Of a DNA stretch of 64,000 nt, positions 28,080 through 37,815 are shown piece by piece. Every line of letters begins with the position of its first letter. Position 1 is the first letter of the stretch. The notes beneath the pieces were generated by a model. It ran no database searches. It was not told the DNA's origin and saw nothing but the letters and a program-made list of their open reading frames with translations. Made by a program: the position numbers and the translations under genes. The DNA comes from Pseudomonadota bacterium (GTDB taxonomy: Bacteria > Pseudomonadota > Gammaproteobacteria > Steroidobacterales > SZUA-146), in assembly GCA_039028935.1 (NCBI GenBank), contig JBCCHD010000002.1, positions 161,864 through 225,863 on the forward strand. The letters are read 5' to 3'.

Positions 28080-28805
28080 ATGATTGAATTAAAACAGTTG
28101 CAAAAGTCTTTTGGCGATGTGCGCGCTGTCGATGGATTGAACCTGACAGCCCAAGACGGTCGCATCACCACCCTGTTGGGCGCCAATGGCTCAGGCAAGT
28201 CAACGACGCTTCGCATGTTGGCGGGCATCGTGGTGCCGGACGCCGGGACCGCCACGATTGATGCGATAAATGTCGCGATAAAACCGCTTGAGGCTCGGCG
28301 CCGTCTTGGGCTGTTTGGCGACAAGTTCGGTTTGTATCCGCGTCTTACCGCCTACGAACATCTTGAGTACGTAGCAGGTTTTCATGGTTTGCGCGGAGCG
28401 GCCAGAAAAGACGCCATTCTCTCGGTGAGTGAGCTACTTGATATGAACAACATTTTGCATCGTCGTACTGAGGGCTTTTCTCAGGGGCAACGAATGAAAG
28501 TGGCGCTGGCTCGAACGCTGGTGCATCAACCCCAAAATATTGTGCTCGATGAACCGACGCGCGGTCTCGACATTATGAGTATTCGGCTGCTTCGCTCGGT
28601 GCTCAAGTCCTTGCGAGACGCGGGCCGCTGTATTTTGTTATCGAGTCACGTTATGGCGGATGTGGAAGAGCTGTCGAATCACATCGTGTTTTTGGCGGCG
28701 GGTAACGTTGTGCACGCCGGCACGGCCGAAGAGCTGATCGCCGCGGGCAACGCCGACTCTTTAGAGGAAGCCTTTATCACAATGACTCAGCGCCGCGTGG
28801 CCTAG
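28080..28805 (+). CDS. ABC transporter ATP-binding protein (NatA-like)
   Basis: Walker A is GANGSGKST, the signature is FSQGQRMKV and Walker B is IVLDEP. I chose the ATG at 28080 (MIELKQL), preceded by GGAGAA. The tracked ORF begins upstream at 27987. Confidence 0.9.
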   Translation: MIELKQLQKSFGDVRAVDGLNLTAQDGRITTLLGANGSGKSTTLRMLAGIVVPDAGTATIDAINVAIKPLEARRRLGLFGDKFGLYPRLTAYEHLEYVAGFHGLRGAARKDAILSVSELLDMNNILHRRTEGFSQGQRMKVALARTLVHQPQNIVLDEPTRGLDIMSIRLLRSVLKSLRDAGRCILLSSHVMADVEELSNHIVFLAAGNVVHAGTAEELIAAGNADSLEEAFITMTQRRVA

Positions 28806-28814
28806 GAGAAGAGC

Positions 28815-29966
28815 ATGAATGCGTTTTTGAATGTCGTAAGCAAAGAGTGGCGCGATGCCTCGCGGGATCGTCGCAGCGTTATGGCGTCATTGTTGTTCGC
28901 TGCGTTTGGCCCTTTGATGATCTACCTACTGCTGGGTTCGCTGGCGGATGAGATGGACGAGTCGGGTGACTTGCAGGTGGCAATCATCGGCGCAGAACAG
29001 GCACCCGCGCTGCTGACACGACTGACCGAGCAGGGTGTCGTGTTTGAACAGTTTGCGTCGCGCGCTGAGGCGGCTGACAGTTCGGCGGAGGTGCTAGTTA
29101 AAATTCCCGACGACTACCGCGATCGCTATTTGAGCAACACGCCGATCGATATCGCGGTAACCGCCGATTTTAAAGACGGCAAGGCCGAGGCGGGTGCGCG
29201 ACGTGTGACCACGCTGATCAATGGGTTTGGTCAGACGGTGGCGTACTCCCGCATGGTCGCCGCGGGTGTGCTGCCCGGATCACTAAATGTCGTGCGTGCG
29301 CAGTCCTACGATTCGTCACTGGCCGGTGGGCGGGCAGCGGCGATCAGCGATACGCTGATTTACATGCTGCTGTTAAGTGGTTTTATAAGCGGTGCATTCA
29401 TGGCCGCGGATTCCGTCGCGGGGGAGCGGGAGCGTCATTCTCTGGAATCGTTGCTCGCTCAACCGGTGAGTCCGCTGTCGATCGTGGGCGGCAAGTGGCT
29501 CACTGCGGGCGGGATCAGTGTTTTTGTGTCGATTGCGACGGCGGTCATCAGCGGCGTGTTGTTGGCCAAAGCGCCGCTCGATGTTCTGGGTCTGCGGCTG
29601 TTTATCGATCCAGCGAGCATTGCGCTGGGCGCGTTGATTTTGGTACCGCTGGCACTGCTTGCAGTCGCGATTCAGATGTTTGTCGCCGCCCGAGCTCGGA
29701 CTTATCGCGAAGCCGGTACCTATGCGCAATTTACGATGTTCATTCCCATTGCTGTTGCCGGGTCGGTCATGATCGGTAGTGTCGATTACGGCGCAGTCGG
29801 TGAGTGGTTGCCCCTCACCAGTCAGACCATCGCGTTGAAGGATGTGTTGCTTGAAGGCGGTTCGTCCGCTCGAGCCCTCTTGGGCGGATCGCTCACCACG
29901 CTCCTCGCGGCATGGGCGCTGGTGTGGCTAACCTCAAAACGTCTCAGCGATGAGCGCGCACTGTAA
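28815..29966 (+). CDS. ABC-2 type transporter permease (NatB-like)
   Basis: The N-terminus is VVSKEWRDASRDRRSVMA. A large extracytoplasmic loop is followed by five C-terminal TM helices. The gene starts 9 nt after the ATPase gene. Confidence 0.8.
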   Translation: MNAFLNVVSKEWRDASRDRRSVMASLLFAAFGPLMIYLLLGSLADEMDESGDLQVAIIGAEQAPALLTRLTEQGVVFEQFASRAEAADSSAEVLVKIPDDYRDRYLSNTPIDIAVTADFKDGKAEAGARRVTTLINGFGQTVAYSRMVAAGVLPGSLNVVRAQSYDSSLAGGRAAAISDTLIYMLLLSGFISGAFMAADSVAGERERHSLESLLAQPVSPLSIVGGKWLTAGGISVFVSIATAVISGVLLAKAPLDVLGLRLFIDPASIALGALILVPLALLAVAIQMFVAARARTYREAGTYAQFTMFIPIAVAGSVMIGSVDYGAVGEWLPLTSQTIALKDVLLEGGSSARALLGGSLTTLLAAWALVWLTSKRLSDERAL

Positions 29967-30040
29967 CGTTTTGTGGGAAGGCTTGCGTAGGGTAGCGCAA
30001 GCCGACATTATCGCGTTGTCGAAACGATGAAACAGTCACC

Positions 30041-30511
30041 ATGAAAAAACCCGCCGGTCTTCTCAAACAGCTTGGTGTGCTTGCGCTGCTTGTTGTGCTC
30101 TATCTCGGCAGCGAGTATCTAGGGCTGGGTAACGACTCATCGACCGGTGGAACGCCCCCTGTGGGTGGTCAACCTGCGGACGATACTGATCTGATTATCG
30201 AGAGTTTTAAGGCGGGTCAATCGGATGTGTGGGTCGAAGCCAGCGGCGAAGTGGCGCGAGTGTTACCGGATGACAATGACGGTTCGCGTCATCAGCGTTT
30301 CTTGGTGGAACTGCGCACGGGGCATACGGTGCTCATCGCACACAATATTGATCTGGCGCCAAAAGTGCCGCTTGCCAAAGGCGATTGGGTGGCGTTTCGC
30401 GGGGAATACGAGTGGAACGATCGCGGCGGTGTGGTGCACTGGACGCACCACGATCCGCGCGGTCGGAAAAGAGGCGGTTGGATCAGCCATCGACAAAAGA
30501 CCTATGAATAG
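30041..30511 (+). CDS. DUF3465 domain-containing protein
   Basis: An N-terminal anchor is followed by LPDDNDGSRHQRFLVEL...IAHNIDLAP...WVAFRGEYEWNDRGGVVHWTHHDP, which is characteristic of DUF3465. Confidence 0.7.
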   Translation: MKKPAGLLKQLGVLALLVVLYLGSEYLGLGNDSSTGGTPPVGGQPADDTDLIIESFKAGQSDVWVEASGEVARVLPDDNDGSRHQRFLVELRTGHTVLIAHNIDLAPKVPLAKGDWVAFRGEYEWNDRGGVVHWTHHDPRGRKRGGWISHRQKTYE

Positions 30512-30525
30512 TGTTTGTGCAAAAT

Positions 30526-30556
30526 CAAAAAGCCCAGGTTGAACCTGGGCTTTTTC
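30526..30556. terminator. Bidirectional rho-independent terminator
   Basis: aaaaagcccaggttgaacctgggcttttt is a perfect GC-rich stem flanked by an A-run and a T-run. It lies between convergent genes. Confidence 0.8.
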
Positions 30557-30624
30557 ATTTGTGACGAGCGCGTTTGTGCCGCGCTTGTATCAAGCACTGG
30601 GTTTATACAGTGCGTAACCAGCGC

Positions 30625-30828
30625 TCAGTCTTTAAGCACGAAAGTGATTTTCATGTTGACCCGGTATTCAGTGACTTCGCCGTCGTTAACGACGACCTTT
30701 TGACTGTCGACCCAGGCGCCGGAGATGTTATCGAGCGTTTTGGCGGCGCGTTTGATGCCTTGTCGAACCGCGTCTTCAAAGCTCTTAGTGCTGGAAGCGG
30801 TAATTTCCGTAACGCGTGCAATGGTCAT
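30625..30828 (-). CDS. Dodecin-family flavin-binding protein
   Basis: The 67-aa sequence MTIARVTEITASSTKSFEDAVRQGIKRAAKTLDNISGAWVDSQKVVVNDGEVTEYRVNMKITFVLKD matches the dodecin pattern. An AAGGAG RBS precedes the ATG at 30828. Confidence 0.8.
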   Translation of the reverse strand: MTIARVTEITASSTKSFEDAVRQGIKRAAKTLDNISGAWVDSQKVVVNDGEVTEYRVNMKITFVLKD

Positions 30829-31008
30829 GATGTCACTCCTTGGTGATGAATTAATCGGTTTACTCGTCGCAACCGGCGAGCGGATCATACTAGGAGTAGG
30901 GTAAGGGACACGTCAAATGATCAGCAGACGCTCGAAGAGCGTGGTTAATTTGAACGTCGAGCTTGCGCCCTTTGACGATAGGTCGAAAGGCGCTGTGTAA
31001 ACAATCAT

Positions 31009-31040
31009 AAAAAAAGCCCGCGGCGAGGTCGCAGCGGGCT
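31009..31040 (-). terminator. Rho-independent terminator after rpoH
   Basis: On the minus strand, agcccgc...gcgggct (7-bp stem) is followed by TTTTTTT, ~25 nt after the rpoH stop. Confidence 0.75.
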
Positions 31041-31063
31041 TTGTGATGGGGTTAGCGCGAGTT

Positions 31064-31924
31064 TCAGATCATGCTGGCTTTGAGCAGCTTGAGGCCGCGG
31101 CTCTCAATTTGGCGAATCCGCTCGGCGGAGACGCCATATTCGTTGGCAAGCGCGGTGAGTGTCTCTTTTTTCTCGGTGAGCCATCGGCGCTCAAGAATGT
31201 CACGCGTTCGCTCATCGAGTTCACTCAATGCCCGACCGAGCTCGGCGGACTGGTGCGATTGCTCGTCCGCTTCTTCGATCGCCACTTGTGGATCTGCGTC
31301 GGGTGCTGGCAGGTAGGTCTCAGGGCCGTAGCCATCGGACTCGCCAGCAGCCGGTACCGCATTGAACGACATGTCGGCGTTGGCCATACGGCGTTCCATT
31401 TCGATCACGTCCTTGACGTCAACGCCCAGGTCGTTAGCAATCGCTTTGGTGTCTTCGACCGACAGCCAAGAGAGGTTTTTCTTCTTTTTACGAAGATTAA
31501 AGAACAGTTTGCGTTGTGCTTTGGTTGTGGCCACTTTGACCACTCGCCAGTTGCGCAGCACAAATTCATGAATTTCGGAGCGAATCCAATGTACGGCAAA
31601 TGACACCAAGCGGACGCCGACGTTTGGATCAAAGCGCTTGACGGCCTTCATCAACCCCACGTTACCTTCCTGAACAATGTCCGCCAGATTGAGACCATAG
31701 CCTGAGTAGCCTCGAGCAATGTGTACGACAAATCGCAAATGGCTGAACACCAGCTCGCGCGCCGCGTCGAGGTCGTCATTCTCGCGGTAGCGGGTAGCCA
31801 GCTCAATCTCGGTCTCTTTTTCCAGAATGGGGATCTGGGTGACGGTCTGAAGGTAGGCGTCGAGACTGCCTACGGGACCCGCAAGTACCTGATTGTTAGA
31901 CTGTAATACGACAGCGTTGGTCAT
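31064..31924 (-). CDS. rpoH: RNA polymerase sigma-32 (heat-shock sigma factor)
   Basis: The RpoH box is QRKLFFNLRK. Other family blocks are HLRFVVHIARGYSGYGL and VSFAVHWIRSEIHEFVLRNWRVVKVATTKA. I chose the ATG at 31924, which has GGAG 6 nt upstream. An alternative ATG lies at 31936. Confidence 0.95.
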   Translation of the reverse strand: MTNAVVLQSNNQVLAGPVGSLDAYLQTVTQIPILEKETEIELATRYRENDDLDAARELVFSHLRFVVHIARGYSGYGLNLADIVQEGNVGLMKAVKRFDPNVGVRLVSFAVHWIRSEIHEFVLRNWRVVKVATTKAQRKLFFNLRKKKKNLSWLSVEDTKAIANDLGVDVKDVIEMERRMANADMSFNAVPAAGESDGYGPETYLPAPDADPQVAIEEADEQSHQSAELGRALSELDERTRDILERRWLTEKKETLTALANEYGVSAERIRQIESRGLKLLKASMI

Positions 31925-31962
31925 TTTCGTCTCCATTGGGCGCCTATTTTAGCACTCCAGCC

Positions 31963-31990
31963 TATAGAGTGCTAAACGCGATCTGGGTTC
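31963..31990 (-). promoter_or_regulatory. Candidate sigma-E/AlgU-type promoter for rpoH
   Basis: The minus strand reads GAACCC-N16-TCTATA. This resembles the GAACTT-N16-TCTGA architecture known for E. coli rpoH P3. It rests on a motif match only. Confidence 0.3.
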
Positions 31991-32227
31991 CCATTCGTCC
32001 TAGATTAAAATCCTATTCTAATCAGAGGCTTGTAAATTCAGGGTGAAACAGGCCCAGTCGATTTAGGCGTTCTCACGAAGTGGGGGCGGGATTGTGAATT
32101 TCAACCCGGCCGTCTCCACGGCGCGCCGGTTGGCCGGCTAAGCGATTGATATGATGAGAAAAGAACTGATGCGGCCGCTCACCCCGCGTTCTCAACGGCG
32201 AGTTTCAGCGGATGTGAAGCCGCATCG

Positions 32228-33286
32228 CTAACCCGGTTCGATGCGTCGGATTTGCCGCGAGGCGGCGATGAAGGCGCCCACAATTCCCAGTAGTGCGGCT
32301 GCGCCGAGCAACCAAGCCCACTGGCCATTTTCGAGACCACGCAGCGTGTAGTCGCTGCCGTATAAACCCGCCACCCGTTGAACCGGCCCGGACATGACCG
32401 TGACGGTGAGGGTGATCAGCGCCAGCGCCACGCCACCCCCAAACAGGCCGAACCACAAGCCGGTGTAAACAAACGGCCGGCGAATGAAACTGTTGGTGCC
32501 GCCCACCAACTTGGTGATCTCGATCTCATCGCGTCGTTGCTGCACTTCCATGCGGATGGTGTTGCCGACGATAACTAAGACAGCAAGAGCAAGCAGTGAA
32601 GCGGCGACAAATACCGCGCGCTTAATCACATCGAGAATGCTCTGTAACCGCGCGACCCACTCGGTATCGAGTTGCACAAGATCAACATTGGGCAGCTCGC
32701 CGAGCTGCGCGGCGAGCGCAGTCATTTTTTCGGGGTCATCGTCGATTCCGGCCGGTCGCACAATGAGTGAGGCAGGCAAAGGATTGTCGTCAAGTGTTTC
32801 AATCGCTCGGCCGAAGCCCGACAACGCTTTGAAATCTTCGATGGCTTCGTCGGCCGAGATGACGACCACGCCATCCACCGCTTCAAACTGCTCAATACGC
32901 TGCCGCAGCTCATCGATATCGTTGTCGCTCGTGCCAGGTGTAACATAGACCGACAGATCGATGGCGCTGGCCCACTCACCACTGATCAGTCGGGCATTTT
33001 GAACCAGTAAATGCAGACCGGCGGGCAGTGCGATCGCAATGCCGATGACCACCAACGTGAGTAAAGTGGCAAACGGCTGACGTAGGAGTCGTTTTAACGC
33101 ATTTGTCGCCGCCTCAATGTGGCCGCCAGCCAGCACTCCCATCGACGTGGATTGGCGACTTGATCGCTTGCGCACGGCGCCTTGGCGTGAGGCTGTTGCG
33201 CGACGCACGGATTTGGCGTCGGGGCCCTGTCGAGGTCGGCTAGACAATGTAACGGTCTCCGCCGGAGGACGCGCTGTCCGGCTCAT
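32228..33286 (-). CDS. ftsX: Cell-division ABC transporter permease FtsX
   Basis: A basic N-terminal tail is followed by FATLLTLVVIGIAIALP and the periplasmic-loop motif DNPLPASLIV. The C-terminal segment LVGGTNSFIRRPFVYTG contains three TM helices. The start is ambiguous (ATG 33316, ATG 33286, or TTG 33247 with a GGAG RBS). Confidence 0.9.
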   Translation of the reverse strand: MSRTARPPAETVTLSSRPRQGPDAKSVRRATASRQGAVRKRSSRQSTSMGVLAGGHIEAATNALKRLLRQPFATLLTLVVIGIAIALPAGLHLLVQNARLISGEWASAIDLSVYVTPGTSDNDIDELRQRIEQFEAVDGVVVISADEAIEDFKALSGFGRAIETLDDNPLPASLIVRPAGIDDDPEKMTALAAQLGELPNVDLVQLDTEWVARLQSILDVIKRAVFVAASLLALAVLVIVGNTIRMEVQQRRDEIEITKLVGGTNSFIRRPFVYTGLWFGLFGGGVALALITLTVTVMSGPVQRVAGLYGSDYTLRGLENGQWAWLLGAAALLGIVGAFIAASRQIRRIEPG

Positions 33287-33950
33287 TCTCGTTATCGGGC
33301 GAGACCAATCTGCCATTGTCGAGTGTCAGCAGACGCGGTCGGAATGACTGAATCAGATGATGATCGTGACTCGCCACCATTACGGTCACGCCAACTTCGC
33401 TGAAGCGCTGGAATATCGTCATGATTTCCATTGACAGTTCGGGGTCGAGGTTGCCGGTCGGTTCGTCGGCAATCAGCAGAGCAGGCTTGCGCACGACCGC
33501 GCGAGCGATACCTACACGTTGTTGCTCGCCCGTGGAAAGCGCTTCGGGCAGCGATTGTTCCTTGTGCAATAAACCGACCTGATCGAGAGCGGCGCGCACG
33601 CGCTTTTCGATTTGATTCTTGGGCACGCCGGCCACGACCAGCGGTAACGCCACGTTCGCAAACACATCACGATCGTAAAGCAATTTGTGATCTTGAAATA
33701 CGACGCCGACCTGGCGACGGAAAAACGGAATGCGACGAGCGGTGGTCTTGGCGGTGTTAACGCCGTTAATAAAGACTTGGCCGCGCGTGGGGCGCTCGAT
33801 GAGCGCAATGAGCTTCAATAGCGTGCTTTTCCCTGCACCGGAATGGCCGGTCAGGAACGCCATGTCACCGGCTTCAAGCGCAAAGCTGACGCCGGACAGT
33901 GCGTCGTGTCCGCCCGCGTAGCGTTTCGTGACGTTCTCGAATCGAATCAC
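33240..33950 (-). CDS. ftsE: Cell-division ATP-binding protein FtsE
   Basis: MIRFENVTKRY opens the protein. Walker A is GHSGAGKST, the signature is LSTGEQQRV and Walker B is LLIADEP. The start is a GTG. Confidence 0.95.
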   Translation of the reverse strand: MIRFENVTKRYAGGHDALSGVSFALEAGDMAFLTGHSGAGKSTLLKLIALIERPTRGQVFINGVNTAKTTARRIPFFRRQVGVVFQDHKLLYDRDVFANVALPLVVAGVPKNQIEKRVRAALDQVGLLHKEQSLPEALSTGEQQRVGIARAVVRKPALLIADEPTGNLDPELSMEIMTIFQRFSEVGVTVMVASHDHHLIQSFRPRLLTLDNGRLVSPDNENEPDSASSGGDRYIV

Positions 33951-33959
33951 GGCGCGATG

Positions 33960-34931
33960 CTATTCCGGACCCTTGAGCAACGCATCGACGTACTGCTCGG
34001 CGTCGAATGGTCCCAGGTCGGCCGCTTGTTCGCCGATGCCGACATACCGAATCGGTACGCCTAATTTCTTAGCGACGTTAATCAGTATGCCGCCCTTGGC
34101 GGTGCCATCCAGTTTGGTGATGGTAATACCGGTTAGCCCAATCGCTTCATTAAACTGAGTCGCTTGCGCCAGCGCGTTCTGCCCGTTGCTCGCATCGATA
34201 ACGAGCATGACTTCATGTGGCGCGTCTTCATCAATGCGGCCCAACACGCGCTTAATTTTTTTCAGCTCGTCCATGAGGCCATCCTGAGTATGCAAACGGC
34301 CGGCGGTGTCGGCAATGAGGACTTCCATTTCCCGCGACTTGGCCGCCTGAAAGGCGTCGAACACCACGGCGGCCGGATCGGCGCCGGTGCTCTGTGCGAT
34401 CACCGGCACATTATTGCGTTCACCCCAGGTCTGCAGTTGCTCAACGGCCGCCGCGCGAAAGGTATCGCCGGCCGCGAGCATGACGGGCACGCCATTTTCA
34501 CGAAAGCGCCGCGCCAGTTTGCCAATGGTGGTGGTCTTGCCCGCGCCGTTGACGCCCACCATTAGAATCACAAACGGTCCTTCGGCGCCGCGCAACTTTA
34601 GCGGCTGGTTGCACGGCTCGAGAATCTCGAGCATGGCCTTCTTGAGCGCGGCATACAGCGCCTTGCCATTACTCAGTTCGTTGCGCGAAATCTGGCCTTG
34701 AATGTCGCTCATGATCTGTTCAGTGGCATCGACGCCCACATCGGCCATCAGCAGTCGAGTTTCGAGTTCCTCAACCAGATCGTCATCGATCTTGCCGCCG
34801 CCAAACAAATCGCCGAGGTCGGCCGTCAGCCACGATTCGCCTTTGTTGAGACGTGCGCGCATGCGCGAAAAGAACCCGCTTTTTTTGGCTGCTGCCGAGT
34901 TGTCAGGTTGTGGAAGGTCGGAATCGGACAT
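33960..34931 (-). CDS. ftsY: Signal-recognition-particle receptor FtsY
   Basis: The NG-domain motifs are MVGVNGAGKTTTIGKLA, AAGDTFRAAA, DTAGRLH and TKLDGTAKGG. I chose the ATG at 34931 (MSDSDLPQ); the ORF extends to 34994. Confidence 0.95.
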   Translation of the reverse strand: MSDSDLPQPDNSAAAKKSGFFSRMRARLNKGESWLTADLGDLFGGGKIDDDLVEELETRLLMADVGVDATEQIMSDIQGQISRNELSNGKALYAALKKAMLEILEPCNQPLKLRGAEGPFVILMVGVNGAGKTTTIGKLARRFRENGVPVMLAAGDTFRAAAVEQLQTWGERNNVPVIAQSTGADPAAVVFDAFQAAKSREMEVLIADTAGRLHTQDGLMDELKKIKRVLGRIDEDAPHEVMLVIDASNGQNALAQATQFNEAIGLTGITITKLDGTAKGGILINVAKKLGVPIRYVGIGEQAADLGPFDAEQYVDALLKGPE

Positions 34932-35210
34932 GATGGCCTTCTGTTGTGCCCGCAGAAGCGGAGGGTGAGTGGCGTCATTTTCGCTTGATATCATCGCGTA
35001 AGCCGCAAGCGACGGGTGCGCGCAGAGCCCGAGAGCGATATTGGTCGGGTCGCTCAGGCCTGCGCACGCAAGACGAAGCGGTTATGCTAGCGATTATGTG
35101 CTCTATTTTCCATGCAATTGCGCGGTTGATCGCGCTGACCAACCGACCGACGTTGCACACGATGTCGAGCGCCGTGGTGCGCCGCGTTGGCGGTGGGGTG
35201 AAGCTAATCG

Positions 35211-35792
35211 ATGGGCGCTCGTAAACCCTCAACCGCCAACGAGTTTCGCCTTATCGGTGGTCGGTTTCGACGACGAAAATTGCGTTTTGCGGAGGGTTCC
35301 ACCGCGCGTCCAACGCCTGGCCGGGTTCGCGAGACGCTGTTTAACTGGCTCGCGCCGCACATCGAGGGGCTACGTGTTCTCGATTTGTTCGCTGGATCCG
35401 GTGCGCTGGGTCTAGAAGCGTGGTCGAGAGGGGCAGGACAGGTCACGCTAATTGAGCGGGATGCCCGCCTTGTGCGCAGCATTGAACAAAATATTGCCTT
35501 ATTGGAGCCGAACACGCGCGATATTGTGGTTCACTGCGCGCTGGCTGAGGCGTATATCCCCACGCAGGAGCAGCCGGTAGACCTCGTGTTTCTCGATCCG
35601 CCGTTCGACGCTCACAGTCACGGCAAATTGTGTACACTTCTGGAATTGCATCGCAGCATAACGCCCGGTGGTTGGTGCTATCGCGAGATGAGCGCCGGCC
35701 GCGAGCCGGACCCGCTGCCGCAAAATTGGGACGTGGTGCGCGATAAGCGCGCCGGCAATGTGCGCTATCAGCTCATTCGGGTAGCGCCCTAA
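35211..35792 (+). CDS. rsmD: 16S rRNA (guanine966-N2)-methyltransferase RsmD
   Basis: Family blocks are RLIGGRFRRRKL, RPTPGRVRETLFNWL, the SAM motif LDLFAGSGALGLEA, and FLDPPF. Confidence 0.9.
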   Translation: MGARKPSTANEFRLIGGRFRRRKLRFAEGSTARPTPGRVRETLFNWLAPHIEGLRVLDLFAGSGALGLEAWSRGAGQVTLIERDARLVRSIEQNIALLEPNTRDIVVHCALAEAYIPTQEQPVDLVFLDPPFDAHSHGKLCTLLELHRSITPGGWCYREMSAGREPDPLPQNWDVVRDKRAGNVRYQLIRVAP

Positions 35793-35835
35793 CCGACGTC
35801 GGCGCTTTGACGACGACACACAACGAGAGCACGGC

Positions 35836-36318
35836 ATGCGAGCACTGTATCCGGGAACGTTCGACCCCATTACCAACGGCCACCACGATCTGGTGCGGCG
35901 CGCCTGCCGCATTTTTGATGAAGTGGTGGTGGCGATTGCATCGAACCCCAAAAAGCGACCGCTATTTACTCTGGAAGAGAGGGTGGAACTGGCGCGCCTG
36001 GTGTTGAGCGATATTTCCAACTGCTCGGTCATCGGCTACACGGGGCTTACTGTGCAGTACGCGCGCGACAACGACATCGGCGTGATGGTGCGTGGGCTGC
36101 GCGCGGTGTCGGATTTTGAATTTGAATTTCAGATGGCCACCATGACGCGCAAAATAGAGCCCGAAGTGGAAACCGTGTTTCTCACACCGGATGAGCAGTT
36201 CACTTATATCTCCTCGACCATGGTCAAGGAAGTGGCCACGTTTGGCGGTGACGTGTCGCCGTTCGTGCATCCACGCGTGCATGATGAACTGAAAAAACGA
36301 ACGTACTCTGGGAGCTAG
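35836..36318 (+). CDS. coaD: Pantetheine-phosphate adenylyltransferase
   Basis: Family blocks are LYPGTFDPITNGHHDLVRRA, RGLRAVSDFEFE and ISSTMVKEV. Confidence 0.95.
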   Translation: MRALYPGTFDPITNGHHDLVRRACRIFDEVVVAIASNPKKRPLFTLEERVELARLVLSDISNCSVIGYTGLTVQYARDNDIGVMVRGLRAVSDFEFEFQMATMTRKIEPEVETVFLTPDEQFTYISSTMVKEVATFGGDVSPFVHPRVHDELKKRTYSGS

Positions 36319-36723
<405 letters not shown>

Positions 36724-36941
36724 GCGCCAGGCTCTTTTGACGCTCAATTTGCTTTGGCCGAATGGACCGACATAGAACGGTTCTGATGGTATGGCAATCC
36801 ATTCCTCACACTCCGTTTGTTTAAGCGCCTCTGGGTCGTGTCATTCGATGTCCGGTCATGATGTGCCGTAGAGTCGACGATACGCTGAATTCCCTTTCGC
36901 ATTGGCGTAAGCTCTAGGCGTCATCACATGGGGGAAACACA

Positions 36942-37739
36942 ATGGACGATAACAACAATCCATACCAGGCTCCGTCAGCCAATATTGAAAGGCCCTTATC
37001 CGGTGGAGATGTTACGCTCCTCGATCAACCCAGAAAGCTGCCTGCAGGTAGAGGTTGGGGTTGGATCGCAGAGGGTTTTGGTTTTTTTAAGCGCAGTCCG
37101 GTTGGATGGATTCTTGGACTTATCCTCGGCGGCTTGGGCATCTTGCTGTTGATGTTTATTCCGCTGATTGGCCCGATTCTCTATATGCTGAGTTTCTATG
37201 TGGTGATTGGTGGGATCATGCTTGGATGTCACGCGCAAAGTCAGGGTCAACCGTTTGAAGTGAGGTATCTGCTCGCGGCGTTTAGTAATCCTGTCAAACT
37301 GATCTTGCTCGCGGTTGTTGTGCTGATCGCCACCATCGTCATCATGGGGGTGACGCTCGGACCCACCTTTGTGTCGATGATGACTTCGCCATTGGGATCT
37401 GAGTCGGAAACGGCGGCCGCCAACGCGCTTTTGGGCGACCCGACCGGTTTTATGCTGAAAACGCTGATCGGCTCGTTGATATCAATACCACTTGCGATGG
37501 CGATCTGGTTTGCCCCTGCGTTGATCACCCTTCACGACGTTGGCTTAGTGGATGCCTTGAAGCGCAGCTTTGCGGGTTGCCTGAAAAACATGCTGCCGTT
37601 TCTCGTGTTCGGTGTAATTGGCCTCGTGTTGTACTTTCTCGCTATCCTGCCGATCGGCTTGGGTTTGTTGATCTTCTTGCCAACGTTTACCGCAGCGACC
37701 TACGTCGCCTATCGCGACATCTTTACTGAATCGGCCTGA
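36942..37739 (+). CDS. Multi-pass membrane protein (BPSS1780-like family, tentative)
   Basis: The N-terminus is NPYQAPSANI. GRGWGWIAEGFGFFKRSPVGW is followed by six hydrophobic helices. The family name is from memory of similar proteins and has not been searched. Confidence 0.65.
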   Translation: MDDNNNPYQAPSANIERPLSGGDVTLLDQPRKLPAGRGWGWIAEGFGFFKRSPVGWILGLILGGLGILLLMFIPLIGPILYMLSFYVVIGGIMLGCHAQSQGQPFEVRYLLAAFSNPVKLILLAVVVLIATIVIMGVTLGPTFVSMMTSPLGSESETAAANALLGDPTGFMLKTLIGSLISIPLAMAIWFAPALITLHDVGLVDALKRSFAGCLKNMLPFLVFGVIGLVLYFLAILPIGLGLLIFLPTFTAATYVAYRDIFTESA

Positions 37740-37782
37740 GGCTATTTGTCAGGTGCTCAATCTTCACACAATGAGTCGATCG

Positions 37783-37812
37783 CCGTAACGCCCGCATTCG
37801 CGGGCGTTACGG
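37783..37812. terminator. Perfect 13-bp hairpin between convergent genes (terminator-like, no strong U-tract)
   Basis: The sequence is ccgtaacgcccgc-attc-gcgggcgttacgg. It ends 4 nt before the mutM stop codon. Confidence 0.5.
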
Positions 37813-37815
37813 CAT

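Noticed and set aside
31043-31603. 186-aa plus-strand ORF
   Set aside because: It is antisense to rpoH, which is unambiguous.
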